Source: an uncultured Planctomycetaceae bacterium (GTDB lineage: Bacteria; Planctomycetota; Planctomycetia; Pirellulales; PALSA-1355). Taken from it: DNA of 64,000 bases. A program made the position numbers and the translations under genes. Shown in pieces: positions 1-10,133 of this stretch. The stretch spans positions 16,065 through 80,064 of the forward strand of contig CAWBCP010000008.1 in assembly GCA_963787355.1 (NCBI GenBank), given 5' to 3'. Numbering within the stretch: the first letter of the stretch is position 1; each line of letters begins with the position of its first letter. The notes under the pieces were generated by a model, which was not told the DNA's origin, made no database searches, and saw only the letters and a list, made by a program, of their open reading frames with translations.

Positions 1-196
1 ACGCCGGCGCGGTGTTCCGCGGCACGAGCGTGTTTCGCGCCACGGCGCCCGTCTGCAGGCGGTCGATTTTCTGGCGTTCTGGCGGGCATCGGCTTAGAAT
101 GAGCGGCGGTATCGGGTGTGCCCCGGCTGAAACTTGTTGCCGGCCGGGGCGGTATCTCCTATTGGCCAGTGATCGCCAGGACTGTCGAGGACCGGT

Positions 197-784
197 TTGA
201 CGCTTGACACGGGCCAGGTTCGCGCGTTGGTCACACGGTGCTTGGGCGGCGATCAGTCGGCCATGGTCGAACTGGTCGACGCGCACCACGGGCAGGTGTT
301 CGGGCTGTGCTACCGGATGTTGCGGCACCGGCACGATGCCGAGGACGTGACGCAGGAATCGTTCGTCCGCGCACTGCGCAGCCTGGCCAAGTGGGACTCG
401 ACGCGCGAGTTCCTGCCGTGGTTGTTGGCCATTGCCGGCAATCGTTGCCGCACGCTATTGGCCGAACGGATGCGACGGCCGCCGACGACTTCGCTGATCG
501 AACAGCTCAGCGACGACGCCGACGAACTGGAGCGGGCGCACGGCCTGGCCGAGGAAATCGAAATGGCGCTGGCCGGCCTGCGCAGCGAATATCGTGAGGC
601 GTTCGTGCTGTTCCACGAGCGCCAATTGAGCTATGCCCAGATCGGCGCCACGATGCAGTGCCCGCTGGGCACGGTGAAGACGTGGGTGCATCGGGCGCGG
701 CGCGAACTGGTCGCGCAGTTGAAGATACGGGGCATCGTGCGGGAGCCAGGTGAATGCAGTGCGCAGAGTTTGAAGATCGGTTGA
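197..784 (+). CDS. ECF-type RNA polymerase sigma factor (sigma-70 family)
   Basis: Intact ORF with TTG start. Region 2 (DAEDVTQESFVRALRS) and region 4 HTH (LSYAQIGATMQCPLGTVKTWVHRARREL) are recognisable by eye. Confidence 0.85.
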   Translation: MTLDTGQVRALVTRCLGGDQSAMVELVDAHHGQVFGLCYRMLRHRHDAEDVTQESFVRALRSLAKWDSTREFLPWLLAIAGNRCRTLLAERMRRPPTTSLIEQLSDDADELERAHGLAEEIEMALAGLRSEYREAFVLFHERQLSYAQIGATMQCPLGTVKTWVHRARRELVAQLKIRGIVREPGECSAQSLKIG

Positions 785-1431
785 ACGCGGTGCTCGACCA
801 GCGGCAGCGGCCCGAGTGGGACGCCCAGCTGCGCGGTCACATGGAGCGCTGCCCGCTGTGCCACGAAACGGCGCGGGGCTATCGGGCGATGCTCGACGGC
901 TTTTGCGTGCTGGCGGCGCCCGAGCCGCCGGCCGAGATGGCCGCGCGCGTGCTGGGCGAGCTGCGGCCGCCGGCGTCGCGCGGGCGGCGCGTGATGGTCG
1001 CCTTGGCCACGGCCGCGGCCGTGCTGGTGGCGATCGTGCCGCTGTGGCGCGGGGCGTCATCGCCCGTGCCGGTGCCCGAGCGGCGTGTATCGTCGGCTGG
1101 GCCCAACCCGGCCTTGGAGAGCGTGCGGATGGCGTGGCAAACGTATTCGCCGGCGCCGTCGCTGTTGACGGGCGAGGGTCCGCCGCGCGAGCGCTATTCG
1201 AACCTGGCCAAGGAAACGGGTCAAAGCCTGGCCAGCGTCGTGTTGTACGTGCCCGGCGTGGGCGGGACGGGCGGAGGCATTCTGGCCGCCGACGATTCGA
1301 GCGCCGGCAGGAAAGCGGGCTGGGCCGGCGCGATGAGCGAGGGCCTCAAGCCGCTTACCGATTCGGTGAGCCAGACGTTCAATCTGCTGCTGGGCGCCTG
1401 GCCTTCTGACGAAGCGAACTCCCGCTCCTGA
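754..1431 (+). CDS. Anti-sigma factor, zf-HC2 type, single-pass membrane protein
   Basis: Overlaps the 3' end of the sigma gene by 31 nt. N-terminal H-x3-C-x2-C motif (HMERCPLCHE), followed by a TM helix (VMVALATAAAVLVAIVPLW). Confidence 0.6.
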   Translation: MQCAEFEDRLNAVLDQRQRPEWDAQLRGHMERCPLCHETARGYRAMLDGFCVLAAPEPPAEMAARVLGELRPPASRGRRVMVALATAAAVLVAIVPLWRGASSPVPVPERRVSSAGPNPALESVRMAWQTYSPAPSLLTGEGPPRERYSNLAKETGQSLASVVLYVPGVGGTGGGILAADDSSAGRKAGWAGAMSEGLKPLTDSVSQTFNLLLGAWPSDEANSRS

Positions 1432-1765
1432 CCGTCGCGGGCGGCAGGATCGCTACGAGCCGTAGGCGCGGCGCATTCGTCGCCGGGCGGGGGCGAAAAG
1501 AACGACACGAAGCCGCTTCGGCCGGTGTGTTTGCCCCATCGGCATTTCTTGGCCGATCCGCACGCACCGCTAAAACCCGACGTTTTTCCTAGTCGTTCAA
1601 CTCCCGCGCGGTGGGCCGCCGATCTCCCCTAGGCGTAAGATTATAGGGGCTCTGGGAAAGATTTGCCGGCGCGGGCAGTTTGGCCTTCACACACAGAGGC
1701 TGCTCGCGGCTCGGGCGAAGTGGGAGCCCCGCCAGACAACGCTACCAAACCTGGAGGTCAGGAAC

Positions 1766-2131
1766 TTGGCCAAGAACAAGAAGAGCGTGGCCGTCGATCA
1801 GCGCAATCAGGCTGACCGCCGCAGCGACAATGAGCGGCGGATTAGCGCCGCCGCGGTCACTGTCGAACGCCGCAGCGGCCAGCGACGCGAGAAAGTCAAT
1901 CGCCGCCGCCAGATCGACCCCACGACTTGCGAGCGCGACTACACCGACGCCGAAATCGAGTTCATGCACGCCCTGGACCAGTACAAGCGCGCCAGCGGCC
2001 GCATGTTTCCCACGTGCAGCGAAGTGCTGGAAGTGCTGATCGGCCTGGGCTACGAGAAAAAGAACGCCCCGATGCCGAGCGAGCCGATCGCCGAGCCCGA
2101 CGAAGCGATCGAGCACCTGGCCGGCGTGTAA
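1766..2131 (+). CDS. Small basic hypothetical protein (121 aa)
   Basis: TTG start 8 nt after GGAGG. Arg/Lys-rich N-terminal half and a globular-looking C-terminal half. No family recognised. Confidence 0.5.
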   Translation: MAKNKKSVAVDQRNQADRRSDNERRISAAAVTVERRSGQRREKVNRRRQIDPTTCERDYTDAEIEFMHALDQYKRASGRMFPTCSEVLEVLIGLGYEKKNAPMPSEPIAEPDEAIEHLAGV

Positions 2132-2310
2132 AGCGCCGCGGAGTGTGACCATTACGACGTGTGCCACGGGCGGCCGCGCAGGCGGACTGCCCGTGCCGCG
2201 ATTCTTCGGGCCGAGCGGGAACGTTCCGCGCTTGGCCGGGCGCACTGGCGAAACGCTGACGCCAGTGCCTTCTGGTGCGCCGACCAGGCGTAACCGTCAG
2301 GGGCTAGCAA

Positions 2311-2377
2311 CGGGTGCCACGGGTGGCTGCCTAGCAGACACCCGTGAATCTGCACTGCTGGACAAGCCAGCAGCGGC
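2311..2377. repeat. Composite of two REP-like hairpin modules (paralogous to 61259-61329)
   Basis: CGGGTGCCACGGGTGGCTGCCTAGCAGACACCCGTG plus CACTGCTGGACAAGCCAGCAGCGGC. Near-identical block at 61259-61329. Confidence 0.7.
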
Positions 2378-2631
2378 GCGCTGCATGACAAAAGGCGCGG
2401 TGGGTCCCCCCGTGCCATCGTCGTGGCGCCAGCATGTGTGCCTGCCTGGAATGCTGGTTTTCGAGCATGCTGCGAATCGCGAGAAGCGGATTCCTTCAAG
2501 CCGCGCGGCGCGGCGCTGAAACTGCTCTTGCTCGGTGGCGCGGCCGCCGATATGGTCTCGCCTTGCGTCCTGTCTTGCGCCGCGGTCTTCGCGCGGCAAA
2601 TCACTTCGAACGTCCGAGGAACGGTGCGGCC

Positions 2632-3502
2632 GTGTTCCCCTTCGAGCACACGACGTCTCGCCCTGATCGACCGGCTGGAAGGCTCTGCGCGCCGTTGCTG
2701 GCGTTGCTCGTGGCCGCGGCCTGCGGCTGCAACGTGCTTTCGCACAGCCGCAACACCGAAGGCGTGCGGATGTACGACCAGGCCTACTACCAGGGCGCGC
2801 AGCAGCGCTTCCAGCAGGCCATCCAGGCCGATCCCGGCAATCCCGACGGCTATTACAACCTGGCCCGCACCTACCATCAGCTCGGCAAGCTGCACGGGCA
2901 GCAGACCGACTTGCAACAGGCCGAAAGCTACTATCACCAGTGCCTCGACCACGACCCGAACTTCCCCGATTGTTATCGTGGGCTGGCGGTGCTGCTGGTC
3001 GAGCAAGGCCGCAATGCCGATGCCTTCAAGCTGATGGAAGGCTGGGCGGCGCAATCCATCCAACTCGGCGCCCAAGATCGAGCTGGCCCGGCTGTATGAA
3101 GAGTCGGGCAATCGCGACCTGGCGAAGAACAACCTGATCGAGGCCGTGAACGTCGATCCCACGAATGCCCGGGCACTGGCGGCGCTGGGCAAGCTGCGCG
3201 AAGAGTCGGGCGAGTCGCAGCAGGCGCTGGCCAACTACCAACGTTCGCTGCAGCTCGATCCGTACCAGCCGCAGTTGGCTTCGCGGATCGCGGCCATGAA
3301 CATCTCGACGACGGCGCCCGTCGTCACCCCGCCCGACGGCACGCGGATCGTCACCACGCCGCAGACCGATGCCGGTGCGGTAGCGGCGCTCCGGCCCGCC
3401 CCATCGCCAAATGGCCCTGCGGGGCCTACAATGGGTCGCTTTCCAGCCTGCGTGCATTTCCAGGCTGTTCTTCCGGCGCTGCGATGGCCAAACACCGATT
3501 GA
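2632..3502 (+). CDS. TPR-repeat lipoprotein (one apparent frame break near 3055)
   Basis: GTG start and lipobox-like LLVAAACGC. TPR-like repeats (YYNLARTYHQLGK, ALANYQRSLQLDP). The protein continues from ORF 2434-3099 into 3146-3502 via the third frame (PKIELARLYEESGNRDLAKNNL). Confidence 0.6.
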
Positions 3503-4643
3503 TGACGCCTGGCCCGACGGAGGTGGGCGAGCCGGCCCGGCTGGCGATGGCTCGCCAGGTGCGGCACCACCGCACGGCCGAGTTCCGCGCGCTGTTTGCC
3601 GAGGTGCTCGCCGGGCTGCAGTACGTCTTTCAAACCGATAACGACGTGGTCGTGCTGGCCAGTTCGGGCACCGGCGCGATGGAAGCGGCCGTGGTGAACC
3701 TCGTACCGCGGGCGCGAAGGCGATCGTGCTCGAGTCGGGCGTGTTCTCGCGGCGCTGGGGCGAGATCGCCCGCCGCTTCGGCATCGAGGTCGTGCGGCAC
3801 GAAGTCGCCTGGGGCCAGGCCGTCGAAGCGGCCGACGTCGAGCGGCTGTTGGCCGAGCATGCCGACGCCGTGGCCGTGTTCGGCACGCTGATGGAAAGCA
3901 GCACGGGCGTGGGGCATGACATCGAGGCGATCGGCCGGGTCGTGGCCGCGAGCAACGCGCTGTGGGTCGTCGACGCAATTTCCGGCGCCGGCGCGATGCC
4001 GTGCTACACCGATCGCTGGGGCATCGACGTGCTGGTCGTCGGCTCGCAGAAGGCGCTGATGACGCCGCCGGGCCTGGCGTTTCTGGCCGCCAGCGAAGCG
4101 GCCTGGCAGCAGATCGAGCGCGTCGAGCCGCAGGCGTTTTATTTCGATTTGAAGTTTCATCGCCACAAGCTGCACGGGGCCGCCGGGCCCGATACCCCCT
4201 GGACGCCGGCCAACACGCTGATCGCGGGGCTGGCCGAATCGCTGCGGGCGATTCGCGGCGAAGGCATCGAGGCCGTGTGGGCCCGCGCGGCGCGGATGGG
4301 GCGGATGGCGCGGGCCGGGGTGCGGGCGGTGGGGCTCGAGCTGCTGGCGGCGCGGCCGGCCGAGGGGATGACGGCAGTGCGATTTCCCGCGGCGATCGAC
4401 GGCAAGAAGTTTCTAGCGCGGCTCGAAGAACGGTTCGGCGTCAAATTGGCCGGCGGGCAGCTCGAGCTGCAGGGGAAGATTTTTCGCATGGCCCACTTCG
4501 GCGCGATCGACGAGCTGGACATCCTCGGCACGCTGGCGGCCGTCGAGCTGGTGCTGGATGAAATGGGGCACGCGGTGGTGCTGGGCAGTGCCGTGGCCGC
4601 CGCCGCCCAAATCGAGCGGGCCGAGCGGGCGAACAAACCGTGA
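3484..4643 (+). CDS. Class V PLP aminotransferase (AGXT / serine-pyruvate family; possibly serves serine biosynthesis given the serA neighbour); one frame break near 3715
   Basis: Fragments 3484-3891 and 3726-4643 join into one protein. MTPGPTEV N-terminus and the SQKAL PLP-lysine motif. Confidence 0.8.
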
Positions 4644-4674
4644 GTTGTCGTTGTCATCTTCTGACGAGGCCGAC

Positions 4675-6299
4675 ATGCCGAAAGTGATCGTATTGGACAA
4701 GCTGGCCCCCGAGGGGCTCGAGCTGCTCAAGCCGCCCCGGGTATCGAGCACGAAGTCGCGCACGGGGCTCAAGGGGGACGAGTCTGCGCGGCGCTGGCCG
4801 AGTCCGACGGCGCGATCTGCCGCAGCGGCGTCAAGATCACGGCCGACGTGCTGGAAGGGAACCACCGCTTGAAGGCGATCGTGCGGGCCGGCGTGGGCAC
4901 CGACAACATCGACTCGAAGGCCGCCACGCGGCTGGGCATCGTGGTGATGAACACGCCGGCCGGCAACACGCTGAGCACGGCCGAGCACACGATCGCCATG
5001 ATGCTGGCCCTGTCGCGCAACATCGCTCCCGCCTTCCAGAGCCTCGAGCGAAGGCAAGTGGGACCGCAATCGCTACATGGGCACCCAACTGGCCGACAAG
5101 ACGCTGGGAATCGTCGGCCTGGGACGCATCGGCCAGGCCGTGGCCGCGCGGGCCAAGGCGCTTGAAATGCGCGTGCTGGGCTACGATCCTTTTTTGTCGA
5201 GCGAGCGGATCAGCGAGCTGGGCTTCGAGCCGGTGCCCAGCGTGGCCGCCATGCTCGGCGAGATCGATTACCTGACCGTCCACACGCCGCTGACTGACGA
5301 GACGCGCAACCTGATTGGCAAGCCCGAGCTGGAAAAGTTGAAGCCGGGCGTGCGCCTGATCAACTGCGCCCGCGGGGGCATTTACGACGAGAGCGGCGCT
5401 GGTCGAGGGTTTGCAAAGCGGTAAGCTGGGGGGCGTGGCGCTCGACGTGTTCACGAGCGAGCCGTGCACCGACAGCCCGTTGTTCGGCATGCCGGGCGTG
5501 CTGGCCACGCCGCACCTGGGCGCGAGCACCGAAGAGGCGCAGGCGCAGGTGGCGGTGGAAGGCGTGGGTCTGCTGGTCGATTTTCTTACCACCGGCGCCA
5601 TCCGCCACGCGGTGAACATGACGCCGCTCGACGCCAAGACGCTGGCCGAGCTGCGCGGCTATCTGGAGGTCGGCTACCGGCTGGGGCTGCTGATGGCGCA
5701 GGTGGAAATCACCAACCGGCAAGCGCTGCAAGCTGCAATACCGGGGCGAAGTGGCAAGCAAGAATACGAAGCTGGTCACGGCCAGCTTCGCGGCGGGCTT
5801 GTTGGCGCACGCGCTGGACGAGGAGATCAACATCGTCAACGCCGAAGTGCTGCTGCGCGAGCGGGGCATCGAGCTGGTCGAAGAACGGCGCAGCGACATG
5901 GGCGCGTTCGCCAGCGTCGTGCTGGCCGAGATCGAAGGCGAGCAGGAAGTGCACAAGGCCGGCGGCACGGTGTTCGGGCTGAACATGCTGCGGCTGGTGC
6001 AGCTCGACGACTTCCGGCTCGACGCGTATCTGGACGGCGTGCTGATGGTGTTCACGCATCACGACGTGCCGGGCATCATCGGCGCGGTGGGCACGATCTT
6101 TGGCACGCACAAGATCAATATCGCGCAGATGGCCGTGGGTCGCGAAGCGAAGGGGGGCGAGGCGATCGGCGTGTTGAATCTCGACCAGGCCCCGCCACAA
6201 GCGGCGCTCGACGAAGTGCGCCGCCATCCGGCGATCACAAGCGCCTACGTGATCAAGCTGCCGCCGGCCGGCGAACGCCCCGCCTGGCTGGCCGGCTAG
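4675..6299 (+). CDS. serA: D-3-phosphoglycerate dehydrogenase (about 6 apparent frame breaks)
   Basis: MPKVIVLDKL N-terminus, GLGRIG NAD site, HLGASTEEAQ, and a C-terminal ACT domain (VFTHHDVPGIIG). The pieces lie in ORFs 4558-4872, 4848-5165, 5077-5424, 5411-..., 5751-6299. Confidence 0.85.
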
Positions 6300-6334
6300 A
6301 GTGGCTGGTCGAGCGGCTGCTCCCCCGCGCTGAA

Positions 6335-6790
6335 CTCGCCCCCTTGCGGGAGAGGGACAGCTCGTCGGCTGCTGCCGACGAGCAGGGTGAGGGGGCGAGC
6401 CTGCGTGCGGCGCGAGCCCTGCACGTGCCGGCATGTCACCGCGCGGCGCAGCCGAATGGTGCGGCGTGTCACCGCGTGGGAGCAACCCCTCACCCGGCGT
6501 CGCTTCGCTCCGCCACCCTCTCCCGCAAGGGGCGAGGGTTAGCAATTGCCCTCGCCCCCTTGCGGGAGAGGGACAGCTCGTCGGCTGCTGCCGACGAGCA
6601 GGGTGAGGGGGCGAGCCTGCGTGCGGCGCGTGCCCTGCACGTGCCGGCATGTCACCGCGCGGGGCGCAACCGAATGGTGCGGCGTGTCACCGCGTGGGCA
6701 CAACCCCTCACCCGGCGTCGCTTCGCTCCGCCACCCTCTCCCGCAAGGGGCGAGGGTGCGCTCGCCGGCTGGTGCCGACGAGGGTAAAGC
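6335..6790. repeat. Tandem repeat, two full copies (6335-6538, 6551-6756; period 216 bp) plus a degenerate partial third; each copy has inverted termini and internal hairpins
   Basis: Direct comparison of the two copies shows near identity. The termini CTCGCCCCCTTGCGGGAGAGGG and CCCTCTCCCGCAAGGGGCGAGGG are reverse complements. Confidence 0.85.
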
Positions 6791-6833
6791 ATCTGCACAC
6801 GCTTCCGACCTGCGTCGGCGGGGCGGGCGTGGA

Positions 6834-7257
6834 CTACGGGTGGTTGACGGGGGTGTAGGCTGGTGGGTCGCTGGCGGGGAAGGATTCTTCCGACGCTTCC
6901 TGGACGATCGCGTCGTCGCTCTTGCGCGTCCATTTGGTCAGTGCCGTCGTGAACAGCAGGGTCGAGTCGGCCGCGGCCACGAACGAGTGCGGCTCGCCCT
7001 CTTCGAGGAACAGCAACTGTCCGGCGGACAGCCACTGGGTCAGGTGGCCGATGGTCATGGCCACGCGCCCTTCGAGGCACTGCACGGTCGTGGCCCCGAT
7101 GGGATGGTGCTTCGAGCTTTCGTGGCCCGCCGGGCAGACCGCCCGCACGACCTGCAGCGCTCTCGGCGTCGACGAGCAGCGTGGTCTCCAAAGCGTGTTG
7201 GCCGCCCTCGGGCAAGAGATTCTGCACCTGGCAGGGGCGTCGCGGGGGAGTGCTCAT
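6834..7257 (-). CDS. Cupin-domain protein (one frame break near 7150)
   Basis: ATG preceded by GAGGAG. The N-terminus from ORF 6652-7362 (MSTPPRRPCQVQNLLPEGGQHALETTLLVDAE) continues into ORF 6834-7148 (GHESSKHHPIG...LEEGEPHSF), which looks cupin-like. Confidence 0.6.
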
Positions 7258-7419
7258 GGCTCGTCTCCTCTTGGGGGCCGGGGCGAATCGGCGTGGCAAG
7301 CGTCTCGTCTCATTTTGGGGACAAGAGCAGCGCCATTCAACCGTGAGCACAACGCGTGCCACGCCGAATCTTCCTGGAATAGCCTTCGCGTGCCCGCGTC
7401 GGAGGTCAATCCCGATGCT

Positions 7420-8316
7420 TCAGCGAACCGACGACAGCTCGCGGTTCTGGCTCGACGGCGTCCCGGCCGGTGCGTAATGGCCGGCCACGAGGTCGCGCAA
7501 CAGCCACCAGGCGATCCGCGGGTTGCTGCGCATTCGCGACAGTGCGTAGGGCAGGTATGCCTTGCCGTAGGGGACGTAGACGTGGACGCCGAGCGACAAC
7601 TGATCGGCCAGCAGCAGCGGGTCGCGCGTCGGCAGGCCGTAGAGCAGCTCCAGCCCGCAGGAGGTGTTGGCGCGGCGCAGGCTTGCGACGGCTTCGGCAA
7701 CCAGCGGCGCATCGTGGCTGGCCAGCGCCACGTGGGGCACCTTGCCGGCCAGCGCGTCGACGACTTCCAGAAAGCCGCGCCGCAAATCGCGCTTCGGATC
7801 GTCGGGGTCGGGCCACTGGCCCTTGACGACGCGGACGACGACTCCGCGCTCGGCGGCCCAGCGGGCGTCGGCGAGGCTGCGCCGCCAGCGGCCTGGCAGC
7901 GTGACGCTGACGTCAGTGCCGCGTTCGATCAAGCGTTCGGCCAATTGCCGCGAGCGATCGGCTGTTTCGGGGGCCAGGGCGTCGAAGTGTACGCGCACCC
8001 GGCCGCGGGCGGCGGCTTCGACGACCTCTCCCAGCAGCTTTTCGGAAAAGCCGAGCGAGGGCACTTTGATCGACAGATACGAGTGAGGGCGGCCAGCCAG
8101 CGCGGCGGCCGCGGCCAGGTAGTGGTCGGCAATCGCCCGCGGCAATTCGTCGAGGCCGTCCCAATAGCCCAGGGTCGCGCCCAGGCCGCGCTCGGCCAAG
8201 TGGTCGGCCACGGCCAGCGCATCTTCGAGCTGGTCGCCGGCGATATACGCCTTGGCGGCTCGGGCGGCCAGCGGCCGCAGGCAGCTCGATATCAGGCGGC
8301 GAATGGGCGTCAGCAT
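7420..8316 (-). CDS. Proline dehydrogenase family protein (stand-alone, about 298 aa)
   Basis: Intact ORF. Pro_dh-like sequence (SIKVPSLG, VRVVKGQW, YVPYGKAYLPYALSRMRSNP). The internal ATG at 8316 overlaps the GNAT stop (ATGCTGA). Confidence 0.7.
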   Translation of the reverse strand: MLTPIRRLISSCLRPLAARAAKAYIAGDQLEDALAVADHLAERGLGATLGYWDGLDELPRAIADHYLAAAAALAGRPHSYLSIKVPSLGFSEKLLGEVVEAAARGRVRVHFDALAPETADRSRQLAERLIERGTDVSVTLPGRWRRSLADARWAAERGVVVRVVKGQWPDPDDPKRDLRRGFLEVVDALAGKVPHVALASHDAPLVAEAVASLRRANTSCGLELLYGLPTRDPLLLADQLSLGVHVYVPYGKAYLPYALSRMRSNPRIAWWLLRDLVAGHYAPAGTPSSQNRELSSVR

Positions 8317-9553
8317 GGGAGGCCGGAGGCTGGGTTGAGGCCGGAGGGCGGGCATTCGAGGCCCGTGGCCGGAGGCTGGAGGCCGGAGGGCGGGCACGCT
8401 TCACCGGGTGGAGCTGACGGCGATTGGGCGGACGCGGCTTTCGTTTGGCGGCGCTCGCGGAGTTTAACCATCACGTCGGCGGCCAGGGCGGCCAGGCCGC
8501 GCAACCCGAGCGGATAGATGCGCAACGAAATGCAGGGGCGCTCGGTCGAGGTCCAGACGCGGGTCCACGCTTCGGCGCGGCCCAGGAACTCGTAGCGCGA
8601 TAGCCCGGCTTCGGCCGCGTAGCGGATGGTGTCGCGCATCAGCAGGATGCCGGGCGAGCAGGCGGCGAAGCGGTCGTCGTAGCCGACCTTTAGCAGCCAG
8701 AAACCGCCGCCGTGTTCGATGGCCAACTGCATGGCGGCCACGCGGTCGCCGATGCGCAGGAAGCAGACCCTGAGGATGCCTTCGGTGCAGGCTGCTTCGA
8801 AATACTGCCGGTAGAAGACGGCCCGCAGGGCGTCGTGTGCCAGGGCCGTGCCGGTCGCGCCTTTCCAACTGTTGGCCTCGACGGCAAAAGCCGCGTCGAC
8901 CAGCGCGGCCAGCTCGTTCAGGTCGGGCGTGTGGATTTCGGTCGTCACCTGGCCGAGCTGTTCGGCCTTGCGCCGTGCGCGCGCAGGTCGCTGCGGCGCC
9001 CGGAGTTCAAATGCGATTCGGGCTCGAGCCAACGGTCGTCCAGGGCGATGAACGGGCACGAGGCTTGCGGGCGAGTGATCGTGATGGCGCGCAGCCGGAA
9101 GGCGCGGCGCAGCAGCCGCACGGCCGGCGAGTCGGCGGGGATGCGCTGGCAGACGAGCGGCGTGCCACAGCGGGCCAGCGATGCCACGACGCGGGCCAGG
9201 GCCCGTTCGTCGGCCGCCAGCAGATCCATCGGTTCGAACAGGTCGCCCACGGTGGCCAGGAGTAGCCGCGGCACACCGGCAAGCCGCCGCTTGACCAGGG
9301 GAGCCAAAGCCGCCAGCCGATCGCCGCGGCGGGCCGAAACGATGTGCGGCATTGCATCGGCGCCCAGCGTGGCAAACCAGGCCCGCACCCAGGCGAACTG
9401 CAACTGCGGCTCGCGGACGGCCGTTCCCAATTTGCGCCAATCGGCTTCCAGGGCGTCGACTTCGTCGATCGAGCGCGCACAACAGGGCGCAGCGGCAGCG
9501 GGCGCGAAACGTCGGCGCGTGGATCGAGGGTCGTCACGGGGGCCATACGGCAA
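8310..9553 (-). CDS. GNAT-superfamily acetyltransferase, BioF2/CelD-like (Acetyltransf_6 type); one frame break near 8960
   Basis: The N-terminal part in ORF 8945-9553 and the C-terminal part in ORF 8310-9482 join. SWKGATGTAL...FWLLKVGYDDRFAACSPGILL resembles CelD-like GNATs. Confidence 0.6.
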
Positions 9554-9800
9554 GGTTAGCCCACGCTGGCGACGATTCTCGGCGCCATCGCCTGGCTGAG
9601 AAGCGAACCAGGTTGCAGGCGTCAGATTCGATACGACCGGAACTGCTTTCGCCAGACTTCAGGTTTCGCTGACCGAAAATCTCAACTGGGCTTCGCTGGA
9701 TTGCCGATCGCTCTTGCGGTCCCAGGGCGTGCCGCGATTGGCGGCCGCCGGGTCCACGTCACGAACCGCCCCGCGTGGGCAGCCGCCGGGGAGCACCCGC

Positions 9801-10022
9801 ATGACCTCAACTCAGATCGATCTCGACTCGCTGATCGCGGCCACGATCCGCAAAAGTCCCCACTTGAAATCGCACAAGCTGCAGGTCGAAATCCAGCAGG
9901 GTCACGTCGTGCTGCGGGGCGTGGTCAATTCGTACTACACCAAGCAGATGGCCCAAGAGACGCTGCGTCGCATCGAGGGCGTCGAGCAGATCGAAAACCA
10001 GTTGGAAGTCCACTGGGTGTAG
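9801..10022 (+). CDS. BON-domain protein (73 aa)
   Basis: ATG after GGGGAG. VVLRGVVNSYYTKQMAQETLRRIEGVEQIENQLEV matches the BON pattern. Confidence 0.6.
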   Translation: MTSTQIDLDSLIAATIRKSPHLKSHKLQVEIQQGHVVLRGVVNSYYTKQMAQETLRRIEGVEQIENQLEVHWV

Positions 10023-10133
10023 GAGGCGAGCCGACGACGGTGTTGGTCACCGATTGGGCACCGCTCAACTGTTGGCTGCGCATCGCGACTTGATCGTCCG
10101 CGACCGACACGCCGCGGGCGTGAAACGATTCAG

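Noticed and set aside
5411-6787. 458-aa ORF running from serA into the tandem repeat
   Set aside because: Only its first 100 residues or so are genuine serA sequence. The rest is out-of-frame serA followed by a translation of the 216-bp repeat. It is an artefact of a frame break.
6335-6790. Possible CRISPR array
   Set aside because: The repeats are about 205 bp long and directly abutting (12-bp junction). There are no unique spacers and no cas genes in the window.
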